DNA of 63,479 nt, counting the filler, from Choristocarpus tenellus KU-1152 (taxonomy: Eukaryota > Protista > Phaeophyceae), in the NCBI GenBank assembly GCA_964200185.2. It is 10 parts of 10 records of this genome, joined end to end, with 100 filler letters (N's around TTAATTAATTAA, not from the genome) between each part and the next. Parts side by side here need not be neighbours in the genome. Positions count along the whole stretch, not along the records: positions 1 to 10,737 come from CAXNAD020002750.1; positions 10,838 to 18,764 come from CAXNAD020005385.1; 8 more parts are not named here. One strand, written 5' to 3'. The notes under the pieces are model-generated. The model saw only the letters and a program-made list of their open reading frames with translations, was not told the origin of the DNA and did not search any database. Positions within the stretch are counted from its first letter, which is position 1, and each line of letters opens with the position of its first letter. Below, piece after piece: positions 1-14,300 of the stretch. The translations under genes and the position numbers were made by a program.

Positions 1-3
1 GAA

Positions 4-182
4 GGCTCAACGTATCTGGGGGGCGTGTGGCGGCTGTCCGTTTGGGGCCCATTTTTCTATCTCGTTTTTTTTTGGTGATTTGGTTGCATGCGTCGGATTG
101 ATAATATAAGTGCACTTTTTCTAGTCAGGGCCTGAATGGATACCTTGGTGTAGACCCCCTGCCTCCCCCAGATACTTGAGCC
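4..182 (+). mobile_element. MITE family A (~180 bp)
   Basis: TIR GGCTCAA.GTATCT..AGATACTT(T)GAGCC; homologous to copies at 19443, 40816 and 54663. Confidence 0.85.
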
Positions 183-2185
183 TCAACTCATCATACATAC
201 TTTGAAGTACTAAATTCAATGTTTGGTAGTCGACCTCATTCTCTTTCAAATATGTTCCTCTTTATTTACTCTCGATTGCCTCGACAAACAATATCCTAGT
301 TTCTACACAGTGATACTTCTACTAATACTAGAGCTCCACAAAAATGTCCGTGACTGACTGTGGTGAGCACTAAGAACTTCTCGTCCGTATTTCAGACTTA
401 TGTATAGTATTGGACACCAAGCACCGCAGCCAATAAATTGTTATGTCAACCAGAAAATGTAACACATACTAGCTCACCAATTATTTGTTTCACTATCTTG
501 TAAAAGATACACTTCTTCTCTTTCCTCTGAAAATTGTTCTATTTTAAAGTACTGTTGAAGCATGAAGTTATTTAAAATACGACATGTGATGCTGACTAGG
601 TGTTTCTTGCTGCGTACCATGTATCCAATCCGTTGTCTACTGCGTGTCCTTCCATTTTTTCTCCCACGTATCTTGTTCTTGTTTATTGTTGTTGTGCTTA
701 CTACCCTCCTCTTTGTTTTGGTGGAACTGAGAACAATGCCATGATTCATTTCTGACTCAACTTGCAATTATTGTACTATAGGCTAATTCATGCAATCTAT
801 TGCAACTTTGTGGTCCAAATCACCATACACTATATATCGATCATCATCTAGTATATAAAGGTGGATAGATATCCTCCCTTGTATCTCCTATATATGAACT
901 CTTTTGAGGCACACTAAATCAAAGAAACATAGGTCTTTATCGTTTCCATATCTAAGTAAACTATTATGAACCATAGAGTACTTACTATCCAGACGCCACA
1001 ATATGCTAAGGGACTTAGAAGAAAAATAAAATGACTGTATTATTCATCCTCTCTCAAGCAACTAAGATCACACCTTGTTTAATGACCACTATTTCAATAG
1101 ATAGGTGCCCAACCAACAAACAAAATCATCAATTCACTATAATAGTCACTAAACCTTAATTCTTCAGAAGTACACCTTTTACAACAAAACAGCTTAGTAT
1201 GCCTTGCCAAATACGAAGTACTCCATACCACCTAGAAGAATTTCAAGGTTTTTGCGTCGTGATGGATCACAATAGATGACCCCTAGCACACAGTGTCCTA
1301 TTTCCCAAACAATTTCAATTCTACTCCTTTCTCTTACCACACACAGATCTGCTGCACGTTCCACAAAAGAACATACTACGTGTAATATGTTACCACTCAA
1401 CTCATGCTGACTATAAAATACATTACAACAGACAAAGAAAAATGCACCAGCAGTAAGCTGCCATGGGTGATACATGCACAACGATCACACATGCTTATAT
1501 ACTCACAAGCACCGACTCAGTCTTATACAAGTATCCTCTTCGCAGAACCCCTTTTTCCAAGCGGTAGGCAGGTGATGACTACCTCCAGCTTGCCGCAACA
1601 GAAAATCTCTTTCTCATGCGTTTGCCTCTTGAGATGTTCAATCTAAACAACCCAAATGTTGTAGCTGCAATACAATTCCCCCTTCAACAGACAACACTGC
1701 ATTTCATAGCACTCCCTCTGTGCTAATTCATGAAAGAGCAGGAATGAGTGCATGTCCACATCACAGTCAACGCAATCAACCACACAACCCTTCACCAGTG
1801 TCCAACAGTAAGATTGCATGAACAATGAGCAGATGCACACTTCCTTACTTTCAGAACACACACACCTCTCACATATGTAACATCAAGGACAAATGCATAA
1901 AAGGACCATATACGCAAAACAAACATCATTCAATCCCTCCCATACCACCCCTGCCCTGGACCTTACCAGGTAATTTGGTGCTACCACAAGCAAGAACCAG
2001 GGGGTGGAGACAGGGTGGATGAATCCAAACACTCAACTCCAGATAGACTTACGACTACTCTACCACTCCCAAGCGCTTCCTTCAAAGCAACCACCCAACA
2101 GTCCAACGCAAATTGATGTTGCTCTTGGACCCAAACCTGACATCAATGCTTAAATATACGATCCTCCGACAGTGTCCCAAAACAC

Positions 2186-5100
2186 TTAGAAGTAATCGTC
2201 TTCGCCATCTGACTCGCAGTCCCCATACCGCCACATGGCCACACGACTCTTGTGGGCCACTTCCTGAGACTCCCTGAGTCGAGACACAAGATCTTTGGCA
2301 AGCTGTTTTCATCATGACGATTTTCAATTTGAAGATAACCGACACAGAAATAGTGGGTGGGTTAATGTGTGCCACAGTTATGCATGCCATGTAGTTCATC
2401 ACAGGTGAAAGATTCAAAAGGTTGGGGGAAAATAGTGCACTGCTTTCTCATCGGAGTTTTGGAAAATGCTTCTAATTAGTTTGGTCAGTGGGACAGTGTA
2501 GTACTGAATTAAACTAAACTGGCTAGTTATTCTTACGCCATCAACTTCTCCATACACATATGCATATATACCATCATACAGTCCTGCCAAGTACCAAAAG
2601 CCTTCTAACAGCAATTGCTGAGGTTCATCGATTTTGGGGCAGGCTGTCCCCAAAAAGGAACTAATATCCAACACCCATACCTACGTGTGTTATGCTGATC
2701 TTACAAAGCCTTTTGGAATTCTCACATATGAAAACAGTGTTGTACAACAATACAAGACTTGACACTATAAATACTTGATATTGATGGGTGGAGAGGGTTA
2801 ACAGGTGTAAAATTAGGGCTGGAGCAATAAATATTGCAAGGTATTCCACAAACTATTGAAACACGAAATGGAAAAGAAGACTAAACCACAAACAGCACAC
2901 AACCAGGTATCATCTCAGTCACATCAACCCTGTAATACTTCTTGGACACTCAAGGCTCACAGGGTGTAGCGAACATACACACATACACACACACATACAC
3001 ACACACATACACAGCTCCAAGTGAAGAGCAGATCAAGTGATATAACCTTGACACAATAAGCGAGCTATTAAAACAACCAAGTCCCTACAACACGACATGA
3101 AACAGATGTATTGTAATGTAGGTGAATTTTGGAAGGGAAGGAGGCTGTATTTGAAGAATTCCCTTTATGGATATCCTCACCTGGGACTTTGCCTCCTGAT
3201 TAGCAGTCTTGGAGACACGGGCTAAGCCCTGACTGACAAGGGCCTCATTTAGGCTCTCTGTATCCTCACCATCGTAGACGGCCATCATCTGTAATGGGTT
3301 AGTATAGACTTTGTGGTCAATCTTCTGACAGGGGGGGGAAACCTATCACTTTGAACTCTACTTGGGAATATTCCTTCAAAACCAATAAGATATTTTTCTC
3401 ACCAAACGCCCTTCTTCATCCCTCCCAAGGGCCCTGCCAAGAAGATCTTTCCCCCACGCCATTTCGTTCAAGGCCATTGCAGCATCACGGCCAAACTCAT
3501 CCTCCAGTGATGGAACCCGGGTAAATGCCAGTACACACGCCCTAGAGTATTCCATCAGAAGGACATTGGGGGGGGTTGGTGGGGAGGGTACAGCATGGAG
3601 ATATTTTAAGCACCTGAAAGTTGAACAAAAACATAAACCTTAAACTGCACTGCACAACCCTCCCTCTTTTGATCGCAGGTACTCAACTACATACAGCAAA
3701 CACAGAGTACCCACTATGGCAGGGTCTACAAATACGTGAAAGGGATTGTTTCATCTTAACCTACACAACACCCACCTCTCCTCCCACCAAACCCGTAACC
3801 CCTTTTGCAACTTGTATCCCTAACTCTTGCCCCAAACCACAACTTTCAACCATCTGATCCCAGCACCGTATGATATACCTGGCCTGAGGACGGAAAGCAA
3901 AGTAGGAAGAATCAAGCGGACGAAGCTTGCTCATGGAGACAGTGGCACTGTTACCGTGGTCTATGTACTGCACCCTCACACCCACAGGGGTCATACCCTC
4001 CACCCTGGCACGGAACCACATCGGGCCAGAACCATCATCAAAGAGGGCAGCACACTCAGTGCCCCTGCGAGGCTCCATGGTAGCACCAGCAGTGCCCACC
4101 TTTTGACATGAGTAAGGAGAGGGAGGGGTGAAGGGTGAAGGGGGAGGGGGTTCATGATCATGTGCAAATAATGACTCCATTGGGAAGGGAAGACGTGGAT
4201 AGGACACTTTCAATTGAAAATTAACTATTCTTCATCCTATATCGCTCAAGGTAGGTAATTTTAATGCTCACTCTTTTTCCTTCCATCATTATGCTTTCCG
4301 ACAAAGAGGAGGAGTAGAAAGTTCTTCACAGGCATGATGTACTTGATGGGATGGGGATATGGTTAGGGTTAGATACCCTTTACACGAAAAAAATAATCGG
4401 AAGAGGCATCACAGAGTACATACACATCATTTGATAGAGAGTCACCATACAGCAAACAAAAAAAGGACACTCAAAGGAACACTTCAAAAGAGACGACTCT
4501 TGTTGAATCCAGAACAAGCACAACAGAGCAAATAAGCTCAAGTACTTGCTGGACAAGAGATATGCGCAAGTACAACTAATGTACTATGGAGTATAATTTT
4601 CTCAAATTAACATTTTTCCTTATGACAAATTCCCTATACTTTTTTAGCTTCAAAAGATCAAGGAAGTGAAAAAAAAAGTATTACAGAAGCAGGCATCTTC
4701 ACAGAAGAATTTTCGAGCAATTGAACCGAGCAATGATCTGCGCTTCAAGACAGTATCAAGACAGTATACACTTGAATGCCTGAGAGACACCAGTAATTGT
4801 GAACAAAGGTTCCAAATGCTATCCTGACAACTGACATTGTGTGAAAAAGGTTTGACTTATCATAGATTACAGGCGTTGTGGAGCAACTGATCCCCCCAAA
4901 AAGTCCTGGTCACACATGTTCCCTGGGCGTAACATCCATTATAGGATAAGCATGGTTGAAGTTCTAGGGAATTAATAGAGACTTCTGTTGTACTTTCCAA
5001 GGCACGCAATGCCATTGAGAGAACCTCTCCTGTTTCCATCTCTCCACTTCCAAATCTTCCACTTGACCCCTGGACACATGGTGCTCAAAACAGAAACCAA

Positions 5101-7207
5101 TCAGAAGACAAAGAGAAGACAACAAACAAGTATCCCGTCACACCCACACCCCAATGACAATTCCCTACATAAAGATCCTACCACCATTCCATTCATAGTC
5201 CACTGTTTGTATACACCCCTGCAAATGAATTTTGTCAGAAGGCACTACTAGTGCGTATGCAATGTTTAGAGCAAAATAGTTACTGATTGGCAAACCCAGG
5301 ACTGTTGTAGCAAGACTGGGTACATAGGAATGACATTACAAGGTATCCTCATGCCAGACTCATCTTAACTAATCACTCTAGAATATCAACCAACATGCCT
5401 ATATTTTTCACTCCTACTCCTAAGTGAGGCGCACAATACTTCAATATATATTGATCCAATGTTGTTCAACTCGCCATTAACCATGTCTCGATATGGAGAA
5501 AGAGTTCTACCCATTGTCCCCGAGGTCCGAAAAGAGGTCACCCCTGCAGAAGACTAACTCCAGGAACTTCCAGGAGCTGTGGACGGTCTGTCCAGGGGAC
5601 TTAGCATGTGTAGGGCACTTAGCAATCTACTGCAGGTCAGGAACAACTCAGGTGGAATGTTCATAGTGTTAACGGTGGGCATGATCCCACCATCCAGACC
5701 ACAGTGCCAAACACACAGCTTCTGACTGGTTACGTACCAGCTGAAGTCTGAGATCATGGCGAAAGTTCAGATAGCATCATCAAAATGACACCTTGGAGGT
5801 CAGATTCTTCTGGGAATTCAGGGTCTGGCAAACCAACTATCTGCCACATACATGATTAAGGTCTAAAGTCCAGCCACCGCAGTCAACAGATGACTCAGAG
5901 TGCAGGAACTAAAGGAGGCACTTTACAACCAACCTGTTGTAGATACAGTTGACTGCCTCGCAGCTTTTGACAACTCCTTGACTGATCAACGCCAATCTCA
6001 TTCCCACTTAGACTTCTTGTGGACAGTTCTGAGGAAGTGGAAATATCAATGTCCCATGAGGTGCACCATGTCTTCCACGTTTATCTTGGTAAACTATAAT
6101 GCCACAAATGCCATGTCCAAACCTATCAAAGCTACAGTGAGCTTCTTCAGGATGACTTCTCTCTTGTTGTTTAGTAGCAATTCAACTTAAGGACAGCCTC
6201 CTTGCGCCTTGAAGTACACTTCCTACAACACCACCACACGGTCAGAAACGGAAGGAAGCAAATGGCAAGCAGCCACACACGTATATCCCAGCGCCTTATT
6301 TGCGTCTGTGGTTTCAATTTCTTCCCTGAAGTGTTGGAAAAGATGTTTGACGATTTTTTTGGTCCTCATTCATATAAAGCTAGTAGCGAGGCGCGCAGGC
6401 GCGCGCACACACACACACAAACACATATATAGCTACCGTGATTGTGATTTTTAAATTACTCTGCACAAAGAGTTAATTCACAACAAAGTTTGCCACAAGG
6501 AAAATTTTTGTTTACCACCTTAAAAGGGTGTTTGTATAGTCTACTCCAACTCTATCACAAGGCACTTGTAGCGTGTAGGGGAAGTCAAAGTGAAAGATTC
6601 ACTTGCTGATCCAGAACAGTTCCAGTGTATGGCTGGGTCAACAAGAAATTTCTCATGATATTGCAAGGTGCTCTTGTGTTCCACCCAGTCTACCTCAATC
6701 TCATCACTGTACGGCTTGAGAAACTTTCCTGTTTCCTTCACTTCTACTCCAACATGAGGTAGGCGATACTTTCTAACACACATACGCACCCACACACCTG
6801 AACCTTAAGCTCCTTAAGCTTCTGTTCAATGAGCGCCAACTCGTCACCCCCCCCGCTGTGGAGGTAGAAGCGCCCCCCATCAGTGATGTCACATAGGCGG
6901 TAGGTACCCAGTTCTTCTGACACAACAAACGCCTCACCTGCCTGCTGGACCAAAACGTAGTCAATAGGCGGATGAGGTTGGGTGTGAGTGTTTACATGTG
7001 TCTATTATCAGGAAATAGTACGAACTGTCAAAAGTCGAATTTGGGGTGAGTCAGCAAGGCATCAAGCATACGCCCGGTTAATGCTTGCACACACATGTGA
7101 GGTCCACTGAGGTCATACCATGACACATCCACATCACACAAAGACCAAGGACATCAACCACAAAAGAAACAATACCAGTGTCTTGATATTCCAACATTTG
7201 CAGGCAA

Positions 7208-7245
<38 letters not shown>

Positions 7246-10200
7246 CATGGGTCCCACAAGTAATCTTTCGACATGGTTGTGGAGAAGCACACAGATAGCA
7301 AGATATGCATTAAATGGTACTTCCTCTGCATGGAATTAAATGTAACATAACTTAATAAACTTAACTTTTGCAGCTCTGATGAAGGAACAAAAAATGCACA
7401 TGTTCATATTTTATGGATATATTATGCAGACATTAAAAGGTTGCCCACCAAAATCTCAAGGCAGGATTGATTGCAATGGCGCTGAACATAGCAATTGTTT
7501 CATCCTGTGAATTGACAGGGACAATGCTAGTGTGTAGAGGGGTTAGAAGAGGGGCAATGCACTCTCCAGTTTCTAAGTTCTCGGCTATAATGAATGCAAT
7601 GCTTTCACAACACATTGATAGCATTGAAATGCTGCTGGACAAAAGGTCAAACTTTTTAAAAGCAGATCACGGAAACCCTATTTGGTCTGATCCTACCACA
7701 AAAAAGATGACATGGTACAAAAAGGAAATAAGGCAACGGTTAGCATACACAAAACATCAGAGCATAACATTGCTAACCACATAACTCTACAACTCAACAC
7801 AGCACCAGTAAGGAAACAGTAAGGAAACAGTAAGTAAGATCAAACCCACCAAGAAATCAAGAGACACCTGACCATTTCCTCTACCCTAAAATTACCAACA
7901 TACTAACCAAGCCAACCTCCTCTTCAGTAATAATAGTCCCAAGGCTGGTTGAGTTTTTTGGGTTATTCAGGCAACACTGAATGTCCTTATCGATGCAGAA
8001 CATCCTCACAAATAATGTCAGTACCATTCCGTAAGTCCTGGAGTAGATATTGATAAGGAAGAGATCATTGCCACACCATCAACATTGCCTTTCTCAAACA
8101 GTACCAACAATACACTCCGCACACCATAATAGAGCCAGTCCATCCTCCCCTCCCCACCTTAACCTGTCATGTGCACATCCCCTTCATCAATATTTGTTCA
8201 ATCTCCCAAACCAAATCCCGAATATCTAGTCAACCCTAACCCTACACCTAAACATCCTACCCACAGATGAACATGCCATGCTCAAAACCTATCAAAATAG
8301 CATACACTACCAGACTGACCCCACTTCTAGTTTACACAATACCCTCAGTACCAACTGTAGGAGGAAGTCAAACAGTACCTACACAATAATGTAGGTAGAA
8401 AACTGAGTCAAGCCAAACAGCACATCATCAAAACCAGCCCTCACCTTTTTGTCAGCATGCGATGGCTCCACCGACCACAATCCAATCTTATCGGTCCTTG
8501 CTGCTTCCTGAGCAGAGATGAGTGACTGTGCCACACCCCCCACTCGCTCCAGGGCATGATCATCCAGCTTTGCCAACCCCACCTTACATTTACACAAATG
8601 GTATTCACACATCGATGAGGCTATGTAGTGTAGAACTTACCAGTACAGTTGTTCAGAACTTACCAGTCTCAGCCTTTCAACAACATAACAAGATAGTTCT
8701 AATAATGACAACCCAAACCCCCACCCCCCATCCCCCCCTTCAAGAATGGGCTCCACAGCAACATATCTTGTAATATAGGGATATAAAATAAAAAACACAT
8801 GCAAGTGAGATAAACAAGCCCTAAAAAAAAAATCTGCCACCAATAACATTGTCACTACCCCCACATGCAGCACTGTCCCCTCACCACCATCTCCCTTTCC
8901 CCACCCCACCAACAGACAACTCAGTTCAGTTGCTTTCACTTCCAAACTGTCTCACCTTGACAAGGTCTAGTGCAAAGCTGTGCCTTGTCGCCCCTTGGCC
9001 TACAAACAGAGATCCCAGGGCTACTCCGTGCTTGTCCATGTCATTAACTATAACTTCAACATTCCTCTGCATCACCTACACTCAAATAGTGTTAGGGGAA
9101 AAGGTTAAAATAAATAGTGACACAGTCAGAGAAGGGGGAGGGGAAACTGATAAGAGACAACCATACTACCATATATGAAAACAAAAAAAAAGTTGGGTCG
9201 ACAGTTTCAAGGTCAAATCGGTATGACAGTTTCAAGTTTACATCAACCAGATATTGGGAGGACTAGCACATCAGTATGACACAATACGATATACCACTAA
9301 TATACATAATACAGCATATATCATGATCCATATCGTGATTGGTTTCTTTCACAGTAGCTAGTTAGTCATGATTTTCCGCCGACGCTGATAATTTTATATT
9401 TATATTTGGTAGTCTGGATGCACAACCCAGTACCCCAAAACTGTATGCACACAGGTTACGCTCTCTACGTTGAAAACAAATGGTATAGAGTGTGGACCCA
9501 CCCATCCACATGTGCATATGAAAAGGTGAAAAGACTTTTCTTATATATATTTCTTATTTGAAGACTCTTCTTAAGCATAAAGACGTTTCTGACCCGCTTC
9601 AGATACAACATTGGAACACACCAGAATGAAATGAAAATAGTTCACCAGTCACAACCTAACAACAACAGCCAGAGAGATCACTGTTATGGACAAAGAGACT
9701 GTTATGAATGTATGAATGAGGAGATATTACAAAGAAAAAAAAACAAAGCATGTGTAGCCATATTCACAGTCATAGCCCACAAGGTTGGAGGGAGAGAATT
9801 CCAATTGTGCACTAATAAAAACGTGAGCAGTAGGCCTTGATGCTGGTCCTGTTGAATAGCCTGCACCTTCTGTTGCCCAGTCCTCTTATCTCCTAGCCTC
9901 ACCTGTTTTCGACTGAAGGCTGCTGCCTCCTTGCCAAACGGTTCTCCAGCTCTACCGCCAGCCTTACCCCCTTCCGCTGTGACATACATGACATTGGACG
10001 GGAAATCAGATGCAAGTGTGTATGATATAGGCAAGATTATTGAGAGAGAGGGAGGGCAAACACAAAGAAAAGAAGACTGAGCATTCCTACCTAGCGTGAC
10101 AAAACAGGTGTATGTGACACTTCAACAGGACTTAACTGAGAGGTGAAAGGTGAAAGAATCAACAATAATGGGAAAAGATGTTGCAGTTTTAAAAAATCTA

Positions 10201-10599
10201 TGGGAAATTGGGGATTGGAAATCAAGGGGGGAGTGGGGAGATGGCGTATCCTCTCCCCCTTTCTTCCAAGGCTAATTAACATCACATTTTAGCACTCTTG
10301 CAGTATATGCCAAGATACATAAATCACATCCTATGAGACAGTCTACCACAGCTGGTGCTGAACTGCTATTCCCCTCCTTCCCATTCCAAAGAGTAAGCAC
10401 AAATACCTCAACAATAAACTTCAACATCAAAAAAGTATCATCACGAGTCCCACTGTCCCACCCCTTTTCCCCTCCGTGTTCTCTTCCACCAAGAAGACTT
10501 TGCAGCCAAAACACCTTACTCACCTGCTCGGGGCGCCTGGGGACACCTGACCTCAGTCATAGTCAGAGTGAATGCACAGTTCTCCTTGGGCACATATAC
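2186..10599 (-). CDS. SND1: Tudor staphylococcal nuclease (Tudor-SN/p100), 3' portion (SN4, Tudor, SN5); 5' end cut by contig edge
   Basis: Nine phase-consistent GT-AG exons: 10524-10599, 9903-9976, 8956-9075, 8445-8582, 6798-6944 (or 6941, NAGNAG), 3879-4099, 3403-3541, 3181-3288, 2186-2302. Translation shows VYVPKENC..EVRCP, EPFGKEAAAFSR..MQRNVEV..DKHG, AQEAARTDKIGLW, a Tudor segment CAALFDDG..WFRARV..VQYIDHGN, LNEALVSQGLAR, and C-terminal QEVAHKSRVAMWRYGD..*. Confidence 0.93.
7205..7247. repeat. (GGCA)n microsatellite in a Tudor-SN intron
   Basis: Direct inspection. Confidence 0.9.
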
Positions 10600-10737
10600 C
10601 TGCTCACATGAGCATTGCATTCAAAGCATAAACAGGAGGAGATTCCTACATTAACATGAGACTCTCTTACCTACATCACTGCTTCCTTGGCAATACAACT
10701 TATGTGATCAGGAGTAATGGTATGTGGGGGGTGGGGT

Positions 10738-10837
10738 NNNNNNNNNNNNNNNNNNNNNNNNNNNNNNNNNNNNNNNNNNNNTTAATTAATTAANNNNNNN
10801 NNNNNNNNNNNNNNNNNNNNNNNNNNNNNNNNNNNNN
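10738..10837. other. Artificial contig linker (N44-TTAATTAATTAA-N44)
   Basis: Identical six-frame-stop linkers at 10738, 18765, 28274, 36263, 40716, 44136, 53938, 56861 and 60492, each 100 bp. Confidence 0.99.
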
Positions 10838-10975
10838 TCCAAAGTGAGCAGCATGGTGGAGTGGAGTGGTACCATCCTCACACACAACGCGACAATCGGT
10901 ACCATCCTTCAACAATCGTCGAACGGCACCGACGCTGCCGGAGCGAACCGCATCGAGCAGCACATCATTTCTCAT
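10838..10975 (-). CDS. Ankyrin-repeat protein, first exon, truncated by contig edge
   Basis: MRNDVLLDAVRSGSVGAVRRLLKDGTD..DGTTPLHHAAHFG matches the ankyrin consensus (G.TPLH.AA..G). Confidence 0.85.
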
Positions 10976-11348
10976 GGTTATCTGATACCGTGCGTGACGT
11001 GATCATCTGGCCATCTACGGCTCTAGTTTACCCCCTTGACACCTCCGTTTCCACGGGTCTTTTGTTTCAGATTGTTTTTCTGTTTGTTGTGATCTCCTTT
11101 TTAGGTCTTGTTTGTGTGATTGTAAGTACAGTCCAGAAATCCATCGTGCACCGCACGCCGTATTGTGTATATTATTTGGTGGGAGAAAGAAATCTTAGTG
11201 AGAAGGTGAGAGGTGAAAAGGTGCCGTTCAGAGTGCAACCTCCAGCATACGGATTGCTTGTTGTAATTCGCGTGGTGTAACCATTAGTGGATGGGGGGGA
11301 AGTGAATTGTTCCACAGACCTTGTTGCGCACCTAGCAATACAGGATCC
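10976..11348. promoter_or_regulatory. Putative bidirectional promoter between the ankyrin gene and CSN5
   Basis: Divergent start codons 373 bp apart in a CpG-rich region. Confidence 0.55.
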
Positions 11349-14300
11349 ATGGCGGAATCGTCTGTGGGTGGAGGACCCCTCCCCCAACCTATCAAAGATG
11401 GTAGGGATAGTCTCTACAGTTTCGATGACGACACACTAGATCAAATTCGCCGCACCAAGCCGTGGATGCAAGAGTGAGTGCATAGTCTAGAAGGTTTGCG
11501 TTTTCTGTTCTATGACCTCTTTTGTCGAGCCTGCTCTTGTTGACTCAAATGGCGAATGTCATTAGGACATTATCCCTGTATCTGACGTGCTTCATCTGTG
11601 ACCCACTACCTCAAGGGTGTAGGTAGTAACCTTCCCCAGATTCTCTAGCTCATTATCCGTCAATTGGATAGTGTGATCGAACATTCTAGATAACTTTTAG
11701 GTCTCGGTGCCAAATGATGTGTAAGACCATCCCTCCACTCCAACCCAAAGTTATTTCAAGCTACCTCTGCAGCCCGCAAGGATTTTTGTGCGTTGAACGA
11801 AAAATGCGTTTTTCTCGAATGTGAATTTGAGTCGCCCTAGACACTACTGCAGCTGCACGTCTCATTTGTTACATAATGTCAAGGTGTTGGATGGGCGGTC
11901 TAACACGATCTGCACACAGAGGTGTATTTGTCTGGTGGTTATTCTACGGTCGTGGGCAGTAGGCCCATTTAGTCAGTTTTCTGGTTGAGATTCCTCTATT
12001 CACTTCTCCGAGCCTCCTTGGTTGTGAGATTGCACCTTCCTGCCTCTCCTGATTGGTTTGTGGTAGTGTAATATGGTAGGATGTTGATTGCCGGAAGAAT
12101 AGTTCACACAACTGGCAGAGAGGAGCTGCAAGTACATGTATAGAGATCCCACTCGCTCACTGCAGATGACCTTATAATGATTATTGCCTCAGCAACTGAG
12201 TTGCATACTCTCAACTTCAGAGTGCTTCCATAAGCTGTCATATCGTTGTATTCCATTCACATCACTCCCCTTCCCACCACTTTCTCTACTATTTCTGTCA
12301 GCCCTAAGTACTTCAAGAAGGTCAAGGTGTCCCCATCGGCAGCAATGAAGATGGTAAGTGAATTAGGTTTTGTGGTCTGGAATAGCAGTGTTTGAATGCC
12401 CTGTTTGGGTTAGAGAGCTCTCAGATGTGATCCATACATACCATGTGGGGGTAGTGTAAGATTCAAAGCTTACTGAGTGTAGTCGTATCCTAGTGTGCTG
12501 GCACAGAAGACATGTCGTAGCTGTTGCTTACTGGTGCTTCCTCTGCAGTATAGGTGGAACGTGATAGAGTGTTCAAAAGTGGAGTGTCAGGTTGTGCATA
12601 TTTGAGAGCTACTTACCTTTAAAAGTTGTGATTCAAGGTAAGTCTAAGGTAGTCAGGGCTTGATCTGCGCTTTTGGGAGAAGGGAAGCACTGACGCATTT
12701 CCCGCAGCACCTTCCTTGTCATGACTTGTTTCTTATTTTTTGTTCTAGTTGTATTTTCCTACCTCTGGACAGAAAACTATGGGACTTTTAGATACACTGA
12801 AATATAATGGACCGTATTATCGTTCTGGCGATGTCGAGATTGAGACTAGGAAGTACTTGATACCTTGGTGTATTTTGTACCTCATCATAAAAGTACAATG
12901 TGAGACAAGTCAGTGACTGTGCCTGTTGGGTCATCAAGGACCCAGTTTTGCTTTCTTGAAGGAGCTCTGTGATCACTGCCCTCATTTCACCAAGTGTCAG
13001 ACTCTTTCTTTTGGTAATCTTGAGCATATTCTGACCCATAGGCAAATCAGGCGTAGGGACTGAAGGTACTGGTTCAGACTTTCGCTTTTGTGTTTACTCT
13101 GGGCCTCAACTGTCCAACTATTAGAGGATGGTTTTGTTGACATCTCCACCCCTCCTGCTCCAATTATTCAACCTTACACTCTAGATTGCAGAGTTGCAGT
13201 TTTATGTTCAAGACTTGTCTTCCTCTCTTAGCGCGAATGTCTGATTATACCTCTGCATTTCATGTTTTACAGAATTGGGCACAAGGTGATTTACCCCTGA
13301 AGATCATATTTAGGATCCACTCACAGTACTTGTGCGCATCCCTGTACCTTTTTTTTATATATTTTTGCTTGCCGCTTGCTTTGCCCTTCTGGCACTAAAT
13401 TCAACTCTTTCCCAGGAAGAGAGGCATATAGTTCTGCCCGCTGACATAGGTCCTGAGTAGGCTATTGTCCCATGCTAGGGGATGGCAAACATTGTTTGGA
13501 ATGCTCTGTCATCCATAGCTGAACGTAGACGTGTGGGATGTGGGGGTGCTTACGTAGTCGCAGGCTCCGATGGCGTGCTGAAGGAGGTAGTTGGTTATCT
13601 TCCTATTTGCTCCAATACTACGTATATTAGCAGATTGCCATGCATATCCTGTATTGTTGATGAGTTGTGTTGTGCAAACTCTTGAACAAACATAGCTATT
13701 GCTACTGAACTGATAACTGATAACTGATACGTGGCTTGGTGTTACAACCCACTTTTGATATGTTGCTCCCTGTAACACATATGTTCAGCTTATGCATGCC
13801 AACTCTGGTGTGGAGAAGGGCATGAGCAAGGGGGGAAAGCCAGTGGAGATTATGGGTCTGATGCTTGGAAGGCCAGACACAGAGACACCTAATGCCCTCA
13901 TTGTCACAGATGTGAGTTCAGGCATATTCATGAAGTGGGAACGGTGTCCATGAGAGAACCACATGCATAGGATGAAATGCAGAGCTAGAGATGGTTGTTC
14001 CACTTGGAATTGGGAATGTCCTCTCTAAAGGGTCACAAAAAGTCAGACACATTGATACGAAGACTGTGAATAACGTAGGGTGCAGGGGGTGAAGGTTAGA
14101 AGTAGAAGGATTCGTGTTGTGGTTTTGAATCAGATACTGATGTTGAGTACCACATATAGACCAAGGAATGTACTCATATGTAGCATCTGTATTGTGAAGT
14201 ATTTTGTTGGGTTTACAGGGTTGAGCATGTGGTAAATAAGGTTGATTGAGATGTTTTGTGGTCTTTATCCTCGAATGTGTTGTTGGTGTGGGGTCATTGA

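Noticed and set aside
4800-6200. Possible decayed transposon coding sequence in a Tudor-SN intron; similar stretches at 23.4-25.7, 41.5-41.8 and 43.1-43.7 kb
   Set aside because: All frames are interrupted and I could not identify any RT, integrase or transposase motif.
10738-10837. Recurrent TTAATTAATTAA motif as a biological repeat
   Set aside because: It is always centred in exactly 44+44 Ns, so it is an artificial six-frame-stop linker.
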